Positions 1-12,673 are shown, counted from the first letter of the whole stretch. The stretch: 63,871 nucleotides of DNA, filler included, from Olpidium bornovanus S191 (GCA_017911155.1; 31 parts of 31 records of this genome joined end to end with filler, not necessarily neighbours in it), one strand, 5' to 3'. The notes: a model not told the origin generated them from the sequence alone. Program-made: numbers and translations.

Positions 1-212
1 AGGCAAAACGATTCTACATGGAATCGTTAGCGCCTTACACGGATGCTTAGTGGGGGGTTTCCTTTCAGCTCGTTGGGAGTGTGCGGGTTGCGGGCGGGGT
101 GCGGGGCCCCCGACCCACGCGCGGCCCCATCAGCCCACCCGGGGTGCCCCAACCACCCGGCGACCCCCCCCGCCCCCCCGGCCGCCCCCCCCCCCCCCCC
201 CGCCGCCCCCCC

Positions 213-246
<34 letters not shown>

Positions 247-275
247 TCCTCCCCCCGCCCCGCCCTCCGGCGCAG

Positions 276-784
276 GCCTCGTTTGCGGTCCACCAGCAGT
301 TCTGCAAGTGCGTGTGCGGGACCAGTTCTGCGATCGTCGCGCTTGCCGTGCCCGGGCAGACGTGCCTGAACTGCAACAAGGCGTTTTGCCTCGCCCGAGT
401 GTGCGCCGACAAAGATGACTCGGGGAGCAACCTGATTGAAGCCGTCTGCTTCGGTGAGCGGCGGGCAGGTCACACCGCGGCGAATCCTGTTCTTGGGACC
501 TTGGTTAACGACGACCTGCGGGGTGCTTCGACCGCCTCACGGGAAGCCCGCGAAAGAGTAGGACGGGGTGCCGAAGCTCGGGAAAAAAAAGGCGATATTG
601 TGCAGGCGTTTTTCGGCTGATCCCGACGCGTCGGTGCCGGATTTTTGCATCCCGGGGGGGGGTTTTTTTTTTAGAACGTGAATCCTTTAAGGACTGGTTC
701 TTGGTGACCACGTTCCTCATCGTGACGTCCGTTCTGGTCGCCGGGGTGTTCTGCAAGGACCGCGTGGCGGCGCGGTGGAAGAAG
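276..784 (+). CDS. Small conserved fungal Cys-rich membrane protein of unknown function (partial, 2 exons seen)
   Basis: Exons 276-453 and 675-784 join in frame via GT-AG: QQFCKCVCGTSSAIV...CLNCNKAFCL...EAVCF/ERESFKDWFLVTTFLIVTSVLVAGVF. The CKC...CxxCxxxFCL...CF-xR[DE]SxKD-TM pattern matches a small uncharacterised fungal family as I recall it. Confidence 0.65.
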
Positions 785-1408
785 GTAGGTGAGGGGACGG
801 GCCGGGATAATTTCGCAGGTCGTTGCGTGCTCGAGAATCTGAGTTCCTGCTGGCTGCCGGCCCGCTGACGGGGACATCCCAGGTTCGGATGCAACGGAAC
901 ACGTTCGGTTCCTTGCCAACGTGATCTTCGCGCGGCGGAGAGTCGGGATGATGTTTTTTTTTCTTTTCCCGCGTGGGCGATGAAATACGGCAACAGATGA
1001 GGCGGTACGGTTCACCAACGGCCGACGATCCCGGCAAGAATGAACGGGAAATGTTCTCCACCCCCCCGCCCTCTTTATCTAAATTAAAAAAAGAAGATGA
1101 AGAAAAAAATAGGAAAAAAACAAAAAAAAAAACAAAAAAAGCAAAAAATCAACAAAAGGAAAAACAAAGGAAAAAAAAAGAAAAAAAGAAACGAGTATTT
1201 TGAAGTCTCAAAGACCAATTCGTCTCCCGAAAAAGTTCTGGGGGTCAGCGGGGGTTCACGCAGAAACAAATAAATTAATAAATGTATGTACCATCAAAAC
1301 AGAATTTAATGTCTCGAATTTCTTGAACAAAGATGGGTTCCGGTCACCATCAAACCGTGTCGGGGGATTATTCTACATCGTGATAGACTGAAAAATGGGA
1401 AGGGCATG

Positions 1409-1508
1409 NNNNNNNNNNNNNNNNNNNNNNNNNNNNNNNNNNNNNNNNNNNNTTAATTAATTAANNNNNNNNNNNNNNNNNNNNNNNNNNNNNNNNNNNN
1501 NNNNNNNN
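1409..1508. other. Artificial scaffold spacer N44-TTAATTAATTAA-N44 (first of 30)
   Basis: Identical 100-bp spacers start at 1409, 7148, 8475, 10708, 12873, 14229, 15341, 16514, 18596, 20694, 23452, 26370, 28117, 31879, 33003, 34851, 35972, 37957, 39610, 42980, 44853, 46345, 47868, 49280, 51134, 53020, 54897, 57005, 58381 and 62762. The 12-mer gives stop codons in all six frames. Confidence 0.99.
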
Positions 1509-2123
1509 AAGAAAGCCCCCCCCCCCGCCATATTTGGATTATACGGCATCAACGTTTCCTCCTTTCCGCATCAGATTCGGATTCCTTGTCGTTTTTGCAC
1601 GGCCCACCTAATGACTGGAGCAACGTTTACGCGTCTCTATCCCAGTCCAAAGAAAAATGTGGGGAAAGAGGGGGTGGGGAAGAAATAAAAAGGTGGACGG
1701 GGGGAGGGGGGGGGGGGGGGGAAGCCCCTTGGTTCGGTTGAGCCTTTACGCTCTTTCGTGCGGTAAACACGAAGCCAAACAATCGTAGACGACAAAGCGG
1801 AGAGTTTCATTGATTGCCACTAAGGGACGACTTAGGGACTTCGGGGGCGGGGTGGGGTGGTGGGTCGAAGTCGATCATACCAGGAAGCTTCGCCAGTGAA
1901 GGATTTTATGAGACGTCAAGCATTTGAGGAAAAGAAATCTCGGAGCACGGTAAAGATGGTGAGCATTGCAGTGAGCATTCGTGTGGAACTAAGAAATGAC
2001 CGCTGTTTTTCCCCTGCATTCCCTTTTACCGCGGATAAACCGACCGCCACCGTGACGTTTTGTCTTCCTCACCCTCGCTCGCCCCCCCCCCCCCCCAATC
2101 CCTCCCCCCCCTCTTCCTTCCAG

Positions 2124-2351
2124 AATTGCGAAGGCATTGTTCAGCTCAACGCCGCCTACTACCATTTCCTCATGTTACCGCATTTGCCCGGCCGAAATTT
2201 GTCGAAAAAGGCTCACGGAGAATTCCGGAAAAAGGCAAATTCCACCAGACCGAACAAAGAGGCGGACGCTACGGCGACGAGCGCCCAGCCGCAATATGCG
2301 CGACAGGCGGTGGCGAAGGGTTGCGGGTGCGCAAGTAGAAAGGGACGATGA
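2124..2351 (+). CDS. Probable 3-prime terminal exon of an unidentified gene
   Basis: A poly-C/pyrimidine tract and TTCCAG acceptor precede NCEGIVQLNAAYYHFLMLPHLPGR...stop at 2351. Family not recognised. Confidence 0.3.
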   Translation, partial: NCEGIVQLNAAYYHFLMLPHLPGRNLSKKAHGEFRKKANSTRPNKEADATATSAQPQYARQAVAKGCGCASRKGR

Positions 2352-2554
2352 ATAAGGGTATATACGCAAAACACCAAGCGCAAGCTGCGGTTGGGAAAGG
2401 GGATTTTGCAAAAGGTCGAATGTGCAAAAATGCGGAAGCAGCCCGGCAAAAAAATTCTTCCTGGACAAATTAATTACATAATTGCTATGTTTTTTTTTGT
2501 AGCAAAAATCCCGAATGGCTTGCCCGCTCCTTCTCGCCGTTTCCTTCTATTTCT

Positions 2555-4266
2555 CTACGAAACTCGCTGCTCGGCCGCACGACCGCCGCGAGCGGCTGCG
2601 CGGCGATAAAGCTGGCGCGCGAGGTGAAAGGTGGTAGGGGGCTCGACCGCGTATTGAAGGACGCGTTGCGATTGCCGGGAGTCCGAGTTCAATCGGTCCG
2701 TCGGCGCCGCGGCGCGAGCAATGGGTTCGACGAGCGTCGGACCGGTGAAGTTGTTGCCATCCGGCGGATCGTTAATTGCAGACTGCGTGGAGCAGGCGGC
2801 GGCCGGAACTGGCGGCACCTGGCGCAGCGATTCAGATAGGACGTGCGGCACGGCCAGCTCGCGTTCGGGCGGCGGCGTGCAAGACTCCCTCAGATTTCGC
2901 AGCCGGTCCTTCAGCAGCTCCAGGCGTTCATCGTCCACTGCCGCGCGCTGACTCTCCTTGAAAAGGGTCTTAACCGCATCCGGCAACAGCTGATAATGCC
3001 GACGACCACCCGACGACCGTCTCCTCCGGACGGCCCTGCACGCAGCATCGACCGCGTCCGCCGGCACGCCTGCGGGGGGTGGTAGTGCGCGCCACCGGCG
3101 GTCGTCGCTCGTCTCCGAAGTTGGCCGCACGTCCGCTGCCGGGCGATGGGGCGACGTAGCCGGCGCGGGAGGAGCGGCAGGCACCGGCGCGGGCAAAATC
3201 TTCGACGGGGGCACGCGCACCGGCGCGTCCGGCCCGCAGGTCCAATTAGACCAACAGACAATCTCCGGATCCCGGAACCAATTGACGAATTTGCGCCTGT
3301 ACTCGGTTGTGAAAGTGTCCGAGGACCGGCCCCTCCTCGTCGCAGCCGGCTCCGCAGCAGCTTTCGGCGTCGCTTGTTGTTCCCGCGGCGGCTCTCTCCG
3401 CGTTCTTGACCGGTGCATGCGGCGTTTATGGTTCACCGAGTCCTGTTTTCCGGAACCGATTGGTTCGATCAGCACAAACGCGAACAAGAAAACTTCGGGC
3501 TTCAGTGCGGGAGCGAACTGACTGGATCGCCCAAAACCCGCCGGCGACCAACCTGCTTATCGTGCACACGGGAATTAAACGTCTTCATATCCAGCTTCTT
3601 TACCTTCGGCCAGCGGTTCGCGTGTCCATACGAAAGAACTGGCATAGGCCCGCCGTCGTCCGTTTTCCTCGCTTCGATTTCTGTCTCACGAGCGGTCTGG
3701 TCGTCCGCGCCCGGCCATTCTGCCTTTCCCTTGGGCTTTTCGTCCTTCTCGTCCCGCCCGTCTTCAAGGCGAATTTCGTCTTCGCCTGCCGCTTTGCCGA
3801 GGTCCGCGTCCCCATTTTTTGTAAAACCGTCCGGAACGGTCGGACGAGGCGCACCGCGAAATGGGCCGGCCCTGGCCAGCGCCAACTCGATATCCTGGTC
3901 CGGGGCAACCGTCCCGTCGCCGGCCTGCACCGCCGTCTCCCGGCTCTTCGGGCGCACTGCGCCCACCGCCGTCTCCGTCCAGGCGTCCCGACGGGGCACC
4001 ATGGGCGTCTTCCACGTGTACTGCCGGCGGTACTCGCTGAGGAACAGCGGGTTAGGAGCGCGTCGGTCCGCCACCGTCCGCTCCAACGGCAAGCCGGCGG
4101 GGTTGGGAAAATCGGTTTGGGGGGCCGGAACGTGCACAGAGGTAGACGGAATCTCGCCCCACGCCTCGAGGTGGCGCGCTGGCGGCGGCAAGGCGGTTAC
4201 CGCGGGCGGGCCGCCGTCGGCACCCGGCGGGGGGGATGCGGGCCCGAGGACCGCTGCTTGGGCCAT
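2555..4266 (-). CDS. MDM1-like (centriole/microtubule-lumen) protein, ~533 aa, 2 exons
   Basis: ATG at 4266; exon 4266-3553, CAG|GT intron 3552-3443, exon 3442-2555 in frame. Carries LSEYRRQYTWK, TTEYRRKFVNW and C-terminal LARQLYRRAAAR, resembling the MDM1 [ST]EYxxxF repeats and C-terminal helix. The rest is low complexity. Confidence 0.5.
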
Positions 4267-4455
4267 CTGGTTCTGGCGTTTTTGACTTCCCTGGAACGTC
4301 CTGCTCTGCGTTTTCTTGGTGTTCCGGGCGGTGGATCCTCCCCGCCTTCTCCGAAGGCCCCACAAGCGGCTTTCCTTCTCGTTCCGGCGGGCGGTGCGCC
4401 CGTCAACCGCCCGGCAGATGCAGGAAGGCAGGAAGGAAAGGCCGGGAAACGCGGT

Positions 4456-4484
4456 CTTCTTCCCTTCTCTCTCTCTCTCTTTCG

Positions 4485-4515
<31 letters not shown>

Positions 4516-4540
4516 CCTCTCTTTCTGCTCTCTGTCTCCT
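4456..4540. repeat. (CT)n/(AG)n microsatellite upstream of the MDM1-like gene
   Basis: Interrupted CT dinucleotide run. Confidence 0.9.
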
Positions 4541-5531
4541 TCGGATGCCTTTTGGTCCCTGACCGCGATCTGCCAACGCTCGGACCTCTCAAGAAACAGA
4601 AACACTCAAGCACACGGCGTTTTGTCCGCGTCGATAGATCGATCCTCTTACCGCGTCGGCTCCTCCCCCTTCCGTCGAACACAGCACACGCGCAAATTCA
4701 AGACAGGTCATGTCCTAGAAAAAAAAAGACCTCTGAAGTTCGCCACCGCTGCGCCGCCCGTCACCATCGTTGTCGCAACTGCCGCAGGGCATAGGGCATG
4801 GCTGCACCTGCGTCGTCACTTCACCAGTTTCCATTCCTCTGACACCACGCAGACTACGCACAGCTTCGTCGTCAACCGTCGTCGTTTGTGCGTCGTTTTG
4901 CCGTCATCGTCACCGCTCAAAACAGGAGTCTGACGGCAAGCGGCCCTGCGCCGTCATCACCCTCGTCACTGCCAACTCCGCCGCCAACGCCTACACCCGG
5001 CTGCACCGCCATCACACGAAGTACTCGTTCTTTTGCCATCATCGGTGTCGCCGCCGTAGTCACCCCCGACAACTCGACATGCTACACCCAGCTGGGTCTG
5101 CCCCGTCGCCGTCGTCGCCCGCGCGGCTTCGTCGGCGCAAAAGGGAGGAGTGTTTGCGTGTGTTTAAACCATTTTTTGGTTGATCTTTTCCGTGTGGGAA
5201 AAACATGCACACGTCGCACATAAGTAACCCTGCACAAGAACCAACCGCAGCGTTGCACCGTCAGACGAGTGCCCCTGCGCAAGACGCAGGGCCTGGACGA
5301 AGGGTGAGATCCCCGGCGCTCTCCCTGAGGGGACGCGTCCCGCCGGCGTGTAGCGCATCGTGCATCCGTTCTGGAACCGATTGGCACTGCACTGCAGGAA
5401 GTTCTGCGCGGGTACCAACCGCGGGCCAGGTCGACGACGAAGTTCCGTGGCTTTTTTTTTTCTTTTTTTTTTTTTTTTGGTTTCCTCGAGAGAATTTTTC
5501 GCTAGCCCCGTCAGGGCGCATTGCTGCCAAA

Positions 5532-6673
5532 ATGCGTGTTCCCCACGCGAGCGGCGGCCCTGGGATCCTCGGAAGCCCCGGCGGCGCGGCGGAGCGCGAG
5601 GCTGGAAGAAGCAAGTCGGCCCGCGGCGGGGAAAGCGCGAGCGTCTGTTCCGACGGAAACGCGGGCGCCGATGTCGGAGAAGACCCGCTCGCCGTCGTAA
5701 CGGTGCCTCCGCACATGTGCGCGCGGCTGCTGTTTCCAAACCCCGTGTGCCTCCTCACGACCGCCGCGGCTCGCGACGCCGCTCCTTCGTCCGAGGTGAC
5801 GAACCAGCCGGCGGCAGACGCTCCCGAGCGGCCGGAACCGTTGCAAGTGAACGTCATGACTCTGTCCTGGTTGACGCCCATCGACAATCACGTGCGTTTG
5901 GGCCGCCCGCGACCGAATGTTCCCCGAAAACTCGCATCGGCTTGGCAGCGACGCGCAGGCCAGCGTTCTTAAACCGTCGACCCGACCGGTGCCGCTCAGG
6001 GTGGCTTCGTCTTCTCGCTGAACAAGGGCCGGCATAGCCTATACTTGATACAGCGGAGCCGGACCTTCGGTAAGGGGAACTGGACGGTCATTTTTGCTCG
6101 AAGGGACAAGCGCAACTAGTATATACGCTTTTTTTGCTAATGCCCCGTACCCCTCCAACCCCTCACCCCGGCTTTTTACCCGGACAACCCGCAGTGCTCA
6201 ACGTGCCCACGAAGGGAATGGAGGAAACCGTTGTGGCCGTCGGGTCATGCTCCGGTAAGGACCTCGGCGACAAGATGCGACATCTGGGCATCGGCAGTTG
6301 TTTTCCCGGATGGGGATATGCTCAGCCGAAGACGCCGAAACGAAAGGGCAAGGCGGCCTCCGGCTGTCAAAACTCCGGCGACGTTTCCGGCTTCGGTGTC
6401 GGTGTCCCGGGTGTTTCGGATTGCATAGCGCACGCGGTATGCACGGTCCAGAGCATCCAGGATCAGCCCGACGGGGCCAGCCGACGGAAACCGGGGGGCG
6501 ACGCGGGCCGAGAGGGGCCGGCAGGCCACGCGCTGATTTTTGGAAGAATAGATCGGGCGTACGTCCGGGCGGGGTGGTGGGACGGCAGAAACTTCGCGCC
6601 ACGACGCAGAGATCTGCCGCCGTTCTTGACTTTTCTCGGAAGCAAACGGTTTGCGTACGTCCGGCCTGAATAG
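5532..6673 (+). CDS. Flavin reductase-like / FMN-binding split-barrel protein (3 exons; start uncertain)
   Basis: Exons ..5891, 6000-6069 and 6195-6673 join in frame: RLLFPNPVCLLTT, NVMTLSWLTPIDN, VLNVPTKGMEETVVAVGSCSGKD, DCIAHAVCTV, GHALIFGRIDRAYV, PPFLTFLGS. Confidence 0.75.
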
Positions 6674-7286
6674 AATGCGCGGATGCGGCGGCGTGGATCC
6701 CCGGCGGATCCAAGAATATTTCTGTTTTTGGACGGGTATCCCAAGGGCGGGATAATTTCCAGGACTACCGAGCCGTGCGCGCCTTAATTTTTCCCTCACG
6801 CCATGCTGTCAAATTAAAACCCAGTCTACCGTGACTTATTGTTCACGTACTGACTTGTACCATTGCCTGATCGACCCTGACGCAGCAAAAATGATTACGT
6901 CTCAGACGACCATGTGGCCGCCGTGGCATGGCCAGGTTTGCGGACTCCATCCTTTGTCGTCATTTATATTTCCATTCTTCCCCGGGCGCCGATCGCTCAT
7001 TTATATTTCCATCCTTCCCCGGGCGCCGATCGTTGAGGCAAAGTTGCTGTGGGCACGTTTCAACGCCATAGTGTGGATGTGCCGAGAAGGCCAGGTACAT
7101 TTGCGGGATGAAAGTATCCGTACGGCTGGAACGGTTTGCTTCTCGGGNNNNNNNNNNNNNNNNNNNNNNNNNNNNNNNNNNNNNNNNNNNNTTAATTAAT
7201 TAANNNNNNNNNNNNNNNNNNNNNNNNNNNNNNNNNNNNNNNNNNNNCCCCCCCACCCCCCCCCCCCCCCCCCCCCCGGCCCTCCC

Positions 7287-7319
<33 letters not shown>

Positions 7320-7429
7320 AAAACCCGCCCCCCACCGCCACCGTACACTCTCCTTCCCCCAGTCTCTATCTCTCTGGGCGACCAAACCGTCCCCGTCGAT
7401 TTCCCGCGGGAACCCAACGATCGGAAAAC

Positions 7430-8474
7430 ATGGACGTGGACGACATGGACTACGAGCTGCCGCAAGACGAGGAGCTGACCGCGTTTGCCGCGTCCGCGCC
7501 GGCAAACTTCGCTGCAGGGCGGCCACCCGGCCCGGGCGTTCCGGATAGCTCGCTGTATAAACGGTGCGCCGCCCAGTTATTCCCTGTGTGACGGAAGACG
7601 GTGGTTCCCTCGCGGGAATTCGTGCCCCCCCCGCCACTGCTTCCGACGTCGTGCCCATGCGCGCGCACAATCCCCGCCATCCAGAAGGACCAGTGCCAAC
7701 GTGCGCGCGTACCTCGAAACACGGCGGATCTCTCCCCCCCCCTCCACCCAAATTCGTTGTGTGAACGGGCACGAGGGTTATCTGCAAAATCGTCAGTAGG
7801 GGCCTGACCCCCTTCACCCTCCGCGCCCCGCTACTTGCCGCGTCTGAGAGATGGGTCTGCGTGTACCCCATTTATCTCGACTCCAATAAATCGCTTCAGA
7901 AGGGCCGAAAGGTTTCTAAGGAACGGTCTGTGAAAGCGCCGAACGTCTACGAGATCTACTTCGCAGTGCAGACGCTCGGTCTTCAGACTGTCTTGGAGGT
8001 GGGTACGACTCCCAGCGGCTTCAGAATTTTTTTGCTCGTCCTGTTTGCTTTTGACCTTATGTCGACATTTTGACCTCGGCAAACCCCCCCGCCCCCACCG
8101 TAAAAAAATAATTTTGGTGCGCATCACCGGTCTCCCTCCGGCACCGTAAAGGTTGATAAAAAACACCCGCGAGATTTCACGAACCCGGGTCGTGTGCGGA
8201 TCCGTCTTTTCGACGACGAGAAGAAGCCTGTCAGCGGCGTCGTCAAATCACGTTAGTTCATATCCGACTCTCGAAATTTTCCTCTGTTTCAAACAACAGA
8301 GGTCTTACGGCCGTACACTTTTGATGTTCTCAGGAAAGCAGTTGTTCAAAAAGCTACCAGCAGCGATCCAGGCGGTCCGGGACAACAAGTCTCTGATGTC
8401 AAAGATTCCGCCGTTTATTGGACCCTGCTCAACTGTCGCCGAAATCGCCGCCGTAACTGGCCAGCAGTCCATGA
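7430..8474 (+). CDS. SEC65: Signal recognition particle 19 kDa subunit (3-prime partial)
   Basis: Exons 7430-7563, 7851-7998, 8152-8251 and 8334-: RWVCVYPIYLDSNKSLQKGRKV, KKHPRDFTNPGRVRIRL, RKQLFKKL. These are SRP19 signatures. Confidence 0.93.
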
Positions 8475-8574
8475 NNNNNNNNNNNNNNNNNNNNNNNNNN
8501 NNNNNNNNNNNNNNNNNNTTAATTAATTAANNNNNNNNNNNNNNNNNNNNNNNNNNNNNNNNNNNNNNNNNNNN

Positions 8575-10139
8575 CATGACCGGCGGGGATATTCGCGCGA
8601 CCTCGTCCTGGAACACCGCGTACTGTGCAAGATAACGTTCACGCTCTATCCTCTCGAACACGAACTGGTCCGTCAACCCGATGATCGCCCACCTGTTGAG
8701 CAGTGGGTGCACACGTGGTCAGAGTCAGAAAAAGCAACAGATTCAAGCGAAAACTACCCGAATCCTTCAACTGTATTTAGGACCGTGTAAGCAATTAACC
8801 AAACGACGGCTTCTCCGCTTACCACAAGGTGTCACAAGACGCTCGGGCTATTTGGGTTCCCATCGCATACAGGATTCCCGCCACTGACCCACCGTAGAAC
8901 GTGCCACTGGAGTAATACGTGGAGATTGTCTGGCGGGCCTGCCGCCGTCGAGCTCGCCGAGACTCCTTTAATGAAAGTGCGACATCGCCGTCTCCGCCGC
9001 TTCTCGGCCCACGACTGCCGCTGCCCCTGATACTACCGTCGATTCTTCTCATTTTCAAACATCTGCCGTCCTCATCGTCCACAAGTGTGTTTTCCGTCGA
9101 AACCACGGTGGACTCGCTCGCACCGCCTGCCGCAGCTTCGTCCCCGTCGCCGTTCGCGCTCATTGTGAAACCAGAAATTTTCTCCGGGTCTCCCTCGTCA
9201 CTTTCAGATTCTGAAGTGTCCGAGAAGGCGTCAGAATCCGAGTCAGCGAACTAACCACACGGCGCGTGCGTGTAGCATTTCATTGACCGGCAGCAGCAAT
9301 GTTAGTGGCATCAGCGGCGTTTGCGGCACTGGCGGCCACCGGGCGATTGCAGCGCGCTGCCCCCCTCCACAAGTTCGAACGCTGCCCGCTCCTCCTGCAT
9401 GTCTTCCGCAATTTCGCCGTCGTCGAGCACGCAAATCTGCGCACTGGAGCAGATGTTGGCCAAATGTAGCGGTCGATGACTGTCAATGACGTATACTGTC
9501 GTCTCAGGCGCCAAAGCCAGCAGTTCCGTCAAATCCACCAGGCCACCACAGTTCAGCATAACGATTGATCGGAGCTGAAACAACAAATCCGTGGACGCAA
9601 ATAGGTGTGAACCGACGACAAACGTGCACCAACCGGAGGCGACGCAGAATTCTGGCAACAGTCCCGGTGCATGTCCGCAGTACGGGACGACACGCACCTC
9701 GTCGTGACCATCTATCAACTCGTCGTTCGCCCTGGAAAGATCAGTGTACCCTCCTACAGGAATGATCTTGTACGATATGAAATCCGCCTTTAGCAATGAC
9801 TACGTCAAGCAAGCAGCGGAAAGCGTGTGGAGGTTCCAGAAAACGTAATGCAAAGCGAGTTAACAGATCTGGTGAGAACGGCTAAACGGCCCGCCGACGT
9901 TTGGATCGGCCTATGGGCTACTAGCATATTCAAATTGTGGTGGTGGCCCTGTTCTGCGGCACAATAAAAGAAACGGGAGCACGCGTCGATCAGGCGCGCG
10001 CACGCACCAGGAGAATCTTGGAGGCGCAAAGCGCGTCCGCGTCGGGGGCAACAAACACCAGGACGGGTGCGTGGCTCCCGACCGCGCCTCGCTTGATACC
10101 TGCGTAAGCATCGTCAAGGCGATCCGCGGGTATGAACAT
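8575..10139 (-). CDS. CDC45: DNA replication initiation factor Cdc45 (3-prime partial)
   Basis: VLVFVAPDADALCASKIL, LLKADFISYKIIPVGGY, MLNCGGLVDL, VYVIDSHRPLHLAN, an acidic loop, YYSSGTFYG, WAIIGLTDQF; canonical introns. Confidence 0.95.
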
Positions 10140-10593
10140 GAGCGTGCCCGGTGAAGGGCCAAGGCGGCGTGCGTGATATTCCTGGATGTTCGCAACTAAT
10201 GTTCAGGAGACGGTGGGGGAGAGCGTGCGGGTTATCCCCGGGTGATTGAGCCTCGCGAAGCACGCTTGGCCTGCACGGGGTAGGGACAGCGAACGTTGGC
10301 AGTCAGATCGGTTTAGGCAGGTGGCACGTCGAAGAGCCCTTGGCATCTCGCGCGCCGGGGCATCGTCCCTACACCAGCGTTGCCAGCGCCCGAAAGCGCC
10401 AAGAGAGCTGGGCGTCCACCAAAGACCTTCAGTCAAGCCTGCAGCTCGTTCCGCGGTACGTCCCGCTCCTCCCGCAGGCAGAAGAATTATGTGCGAGGCC
10501 GGCGCCAGCAGCAGCAGCTCAGCGCGTTGGATGTCGTGCCGGCCCAGACTCTCCTGGTTGTGCCCCGGTTCGTGGTCCCTCTTCGTCCGGCTG

Positions 10594-10629
<36 letters not shown>

Positions 10630-10807
10630 GCCCCCCCCCCCCTTTTCGCGCTTTTTGGTCCGTTTTTTTTAGCGGGTCCCCCAGAAATGGCGTCCGGGGG
10701 CGGCGGGNNNNNNNNNNNNNNNNNNNNNNNNNNNNNNNNNNNNNNNNNNNNTTAATTAATTAANNNNNNNNNNNNNNNNNNNNNNNNNNNNNNNNNNNNN
10801 NNNNNNN

Positions 10808-12673
10808 CATGGAAATTGGCACCTTGGAAGCCCGGTTGATGCCGTGGAGGTCGGGCACGGGGTAGTAGGCGCCCGACTCGGCTTCTTCTTCGGAGTCGTC
10901 GACCAGTCGGCTGCTGATCTCCCAGGGACTCCGCTTCCCCACGCCGACGGAAAACTCGAGGTCCTCCATCGTGATCGTGTCCCAGAACTTTTTTTTCCCC
11001 GACAATTTTTGCCGCCGCGGTCAGCTGACCGTACGACGAAAAAAAAAGCGCGCGCAGAAAAAGACGCAGATCGCGAGTGGACGTTGCCGTCGTTTTACCT
11101 TGTAGACCATCATCACGGCCAGGAGACTGCAAGCGGTACCGAACGCCAGGCCGTCGACGTACCGGTCAGCCAGGTGGCATACTCCGGGCGAAACTACGAA
11201 GAAGAAGGTCTGCGAAAGGATGATGAAAAGCGCTCCGAACGCCAGTCCGCCTGATTTCGCAATCGGCAGACGCCGCCAATTAGCATAGAGGGAACGGCCG
11301 TTGTGGCAAATAGAAAAAGAAGACCGCCACGAAAGAAAAAAAAAATAAGCGTTGCCGCACAGGGCGCCAACTCCGAATTATGAAACGAACCGAGAGGCCA
11401 GCGCTCCTTCAGCGTGTTTACGACCAGGATCACCTGGAGGGCGAAGTAGACGGCCACGGCAGCGCCGTTGAAAGCGAAGTATACGGTCCAGAGCGCAACA
11501 GGCGAAGTCCGCGAGAAGCCGGCCCAACTGTTGAGAGTTGCGACTGTGATGAAAAAGGCGGCAGCGAACACGACCGCCGACGAGGCTCCGATAGCCCCGA
11601 CGGAGCGGGCAGTGCCGTCCTCGGCAAACTGGAAACCGACGAAGCCGTTGAGGAGCAGGCACCAACAAGTCGCCGAGATCATCCCGACGTGCGCGGCGGC
11701 GAAGTACTGGTAAGAATCCCGAGCGGGTTGGAAGATGCAACAGTTAGAACTTTCTTTTGAATTCCCCGGCATAATGGCCGCATTAACCGGCCACCTCTCA
11801 CCGTGTAGCCATCGCCCCGGAGGGGCACAAGATTACTGATGAGGAGGAACTCCAGCAGCGTACAGGCTATGTAGAGATAGAAAAACATCAAGATCTCTTT
11901 CCTCCCTAGAAACTGACGAGCCAGTCAATAGATGGTCAATGTCTCGAACAAAAAAAGAAAGGAAAAAAATGCACTGAAGGAAACACATCCAGAAAAACGA
12001 CGAATACCGGTCGTACCAACTGCGGTATACTTCGAACTGACGTTGACAGCCATGATAGTTGTCATGAGCAATGCCGCTACGTGAAAGAGCAACGTGACTG
12101 AAGAACGCCAGGGCGTCCAAAAAGTAAAAGGAGGTTCTTTGTTCTGTCAACGTTAGCCTGCCACTCTTAACGAGCCGAACTCGGACGCGAAACTCGGGTC
12201 GACGTTGGAAAGCGCGCGGCACGGCTCCGAAGGAGTTCGGGGAAAGGCTTGTCCTCACATATTTGGAAGATCGGGTATCCGAACACGACGATGTTTCTCG
12301 AGTAGCAGTTGGGGACAATGCCGTCACCGCTGCCCAGGCGCGAGCACACTGAACAAACGATGACCCGGGGGCCGGAGCGCGCACAGGGTAAGCCTTTCAG
12401 AAACCGCCGGAAGCAGGTTCAGACGGGTTTTTGGCCCTGCCTCTCATAAGTAGCGGCCGCGAGCTGTCCCCGTCCCCCACCCTCGTTTCCCCTCTTCCCC
12501 GCTGCTCCGGCGCTGTCGCGTTCCCCGGGAACGGGGAGCCGTGTATCCCGGGCGACGCGACGGCAAAGACCGGGCGGCGCGGAAGTGTGGCGTCCAAATT
12601 CCGAAAACAACGAACCCGTCAGCGGGACTTGCTCGCAGGCGTATTGGAAGCTCCCAAACTCAAAGGCGGACAT
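10808..12673 (-). CDS. CHS7: Chitin synthase III export chaperone (near-complete, multi-exon)
   Basis: MSAFEFGSFQYAC, GIVPNCYSRN, MFFYLY, ATCWCLLLNGFVGFQFAEDGT, HYVDGLAFGTACSLLAVMMVYK, FWDTITMEDLEFSVG. Confidence 0.93.

Noticed and set aside
27-473. Poly-Pro/Gly/Lys/Phe ORFs here and at 13005-14107, 43925-44904, 50437-51189 and 54622-54948
   Set aside because: Translations of homopolymer and CT/GA tracts in introns, UTRs or contig ends. Tract lengths (e.g. ~120 G at 51013-51133) are unreliable in short-read or amplified data.
1453-1464. TTAATTAATTAA repeated 30 times at semi-regular spacing (CRISPR-like or operator-like)
   Set aside because: Always centred in N44 flanks; it is an artificial six-frame-stop linker.
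4769-4779. GTTGTCGCAAC as an RFX X-box upstream of the MDM1-like gene
   Set aside because: Spacing is too short for the 13-14-nt X-box consensus.
3406-4794. Long plus-strand ORFs of 462 and 290 aa, and similar overlapping ORFs at 16706-17764, 19253-20473 and 49731-51185
   Set aside because: Antisense or alternate frames of GC-rich exons, which are depleted of stops; no motifs.
6887-7095. Possible exons giving KNDYVSDDHVAAVAWPG/KVAVGTFQRHSVDVPRRP
   Set aside because: Splice phases fit, but there is no start, no family match, and the contig ends; cannot be supported.
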